Assembly (NCBI RefSeq): GCF_902652985.1
Contig: NC_047026.1
Coordinates: 20,398,001-20,462,000 of the forward strand
DNA length: 64,000 nucleotides
From: Pecten maximus
Lineage: Eukaryota
Direction of reading: 5' to 3'
In this document: positions 63,832 through 64,000 of the stretch, one piece after another
Numbering within the stretch: the stretch's first letter is position 1
Layout of the letters: every line of letters begins with the position of its first letter
The notes under the pieces: model-generated
The model's database searches: none
The model's input: only the letters and a program-made list of their open reading frames with translations
What the model was told of the DNA's origin: nothing
Translations under genes and position numbers: made by a program

Positions 63832-64000
63832 ACCCTTTATCCTTGACCAATGACCACAAGAATATTTATCACTGACTAATGACCACCAGAATGTTTATCC
63901 TTGACCAATGACCACCAGAATGTTTATCCTTGACCAATAACCACAAGAATGTTTATCACCGACCAATAACCACCAGAATGTTTATCACCGACCAATGACC
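63832..64000 (+). repeat. 29-bp minisatellite running off the window end
   Basis: TTTATCCTTGACCAATGACCACCAGAATG, ~6 copies. Confidence 0.9.

Overview
AT-rich eukaryotic (intron-rich) DNA; the repeat families suggest a bivalve mollusc (inference). Two convergent genes, both 5'-truncated by the window. On + is the 3' part of EXOC4/Sec8: 16 exons, 4259-20290, about 591 aa, all splice phases consistent. On - is a giant type-I membrane protein gene: at least 35 exons, 63479 down to 28554, about 2600 aa in the window. It has ~1700 aa of Cys/Met-rich repeats, then a VWDE-like VWD-EGF-IPT module, a Pro/Thr stalk, a TM helix and at least two alternative cytoplasmic tails. The most unusual signal is repeated tandem amplification of the genes' own exon-intron junctions. 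Two kb-scale minisatellites are built from the last 25-31 nt of a coding exon plus its 5' splice site, giving about 70 and about 42 copies of a donor. At least four 3' splice sites are also locally duplicated, at different stages of decay. Other points: a candidate 18-nt UGC/RBFOX-flanked microexon in EXOC4, two apparent +1 frameshifts in the giant gene, a GC-AG intron, a perfect 102-bp foldback with a 9-bp TSD, a pogo/Tigger-like MITE, SINE and HINE-like repeats, and an intergenic 83-bp satellite with a higher-order duplication.
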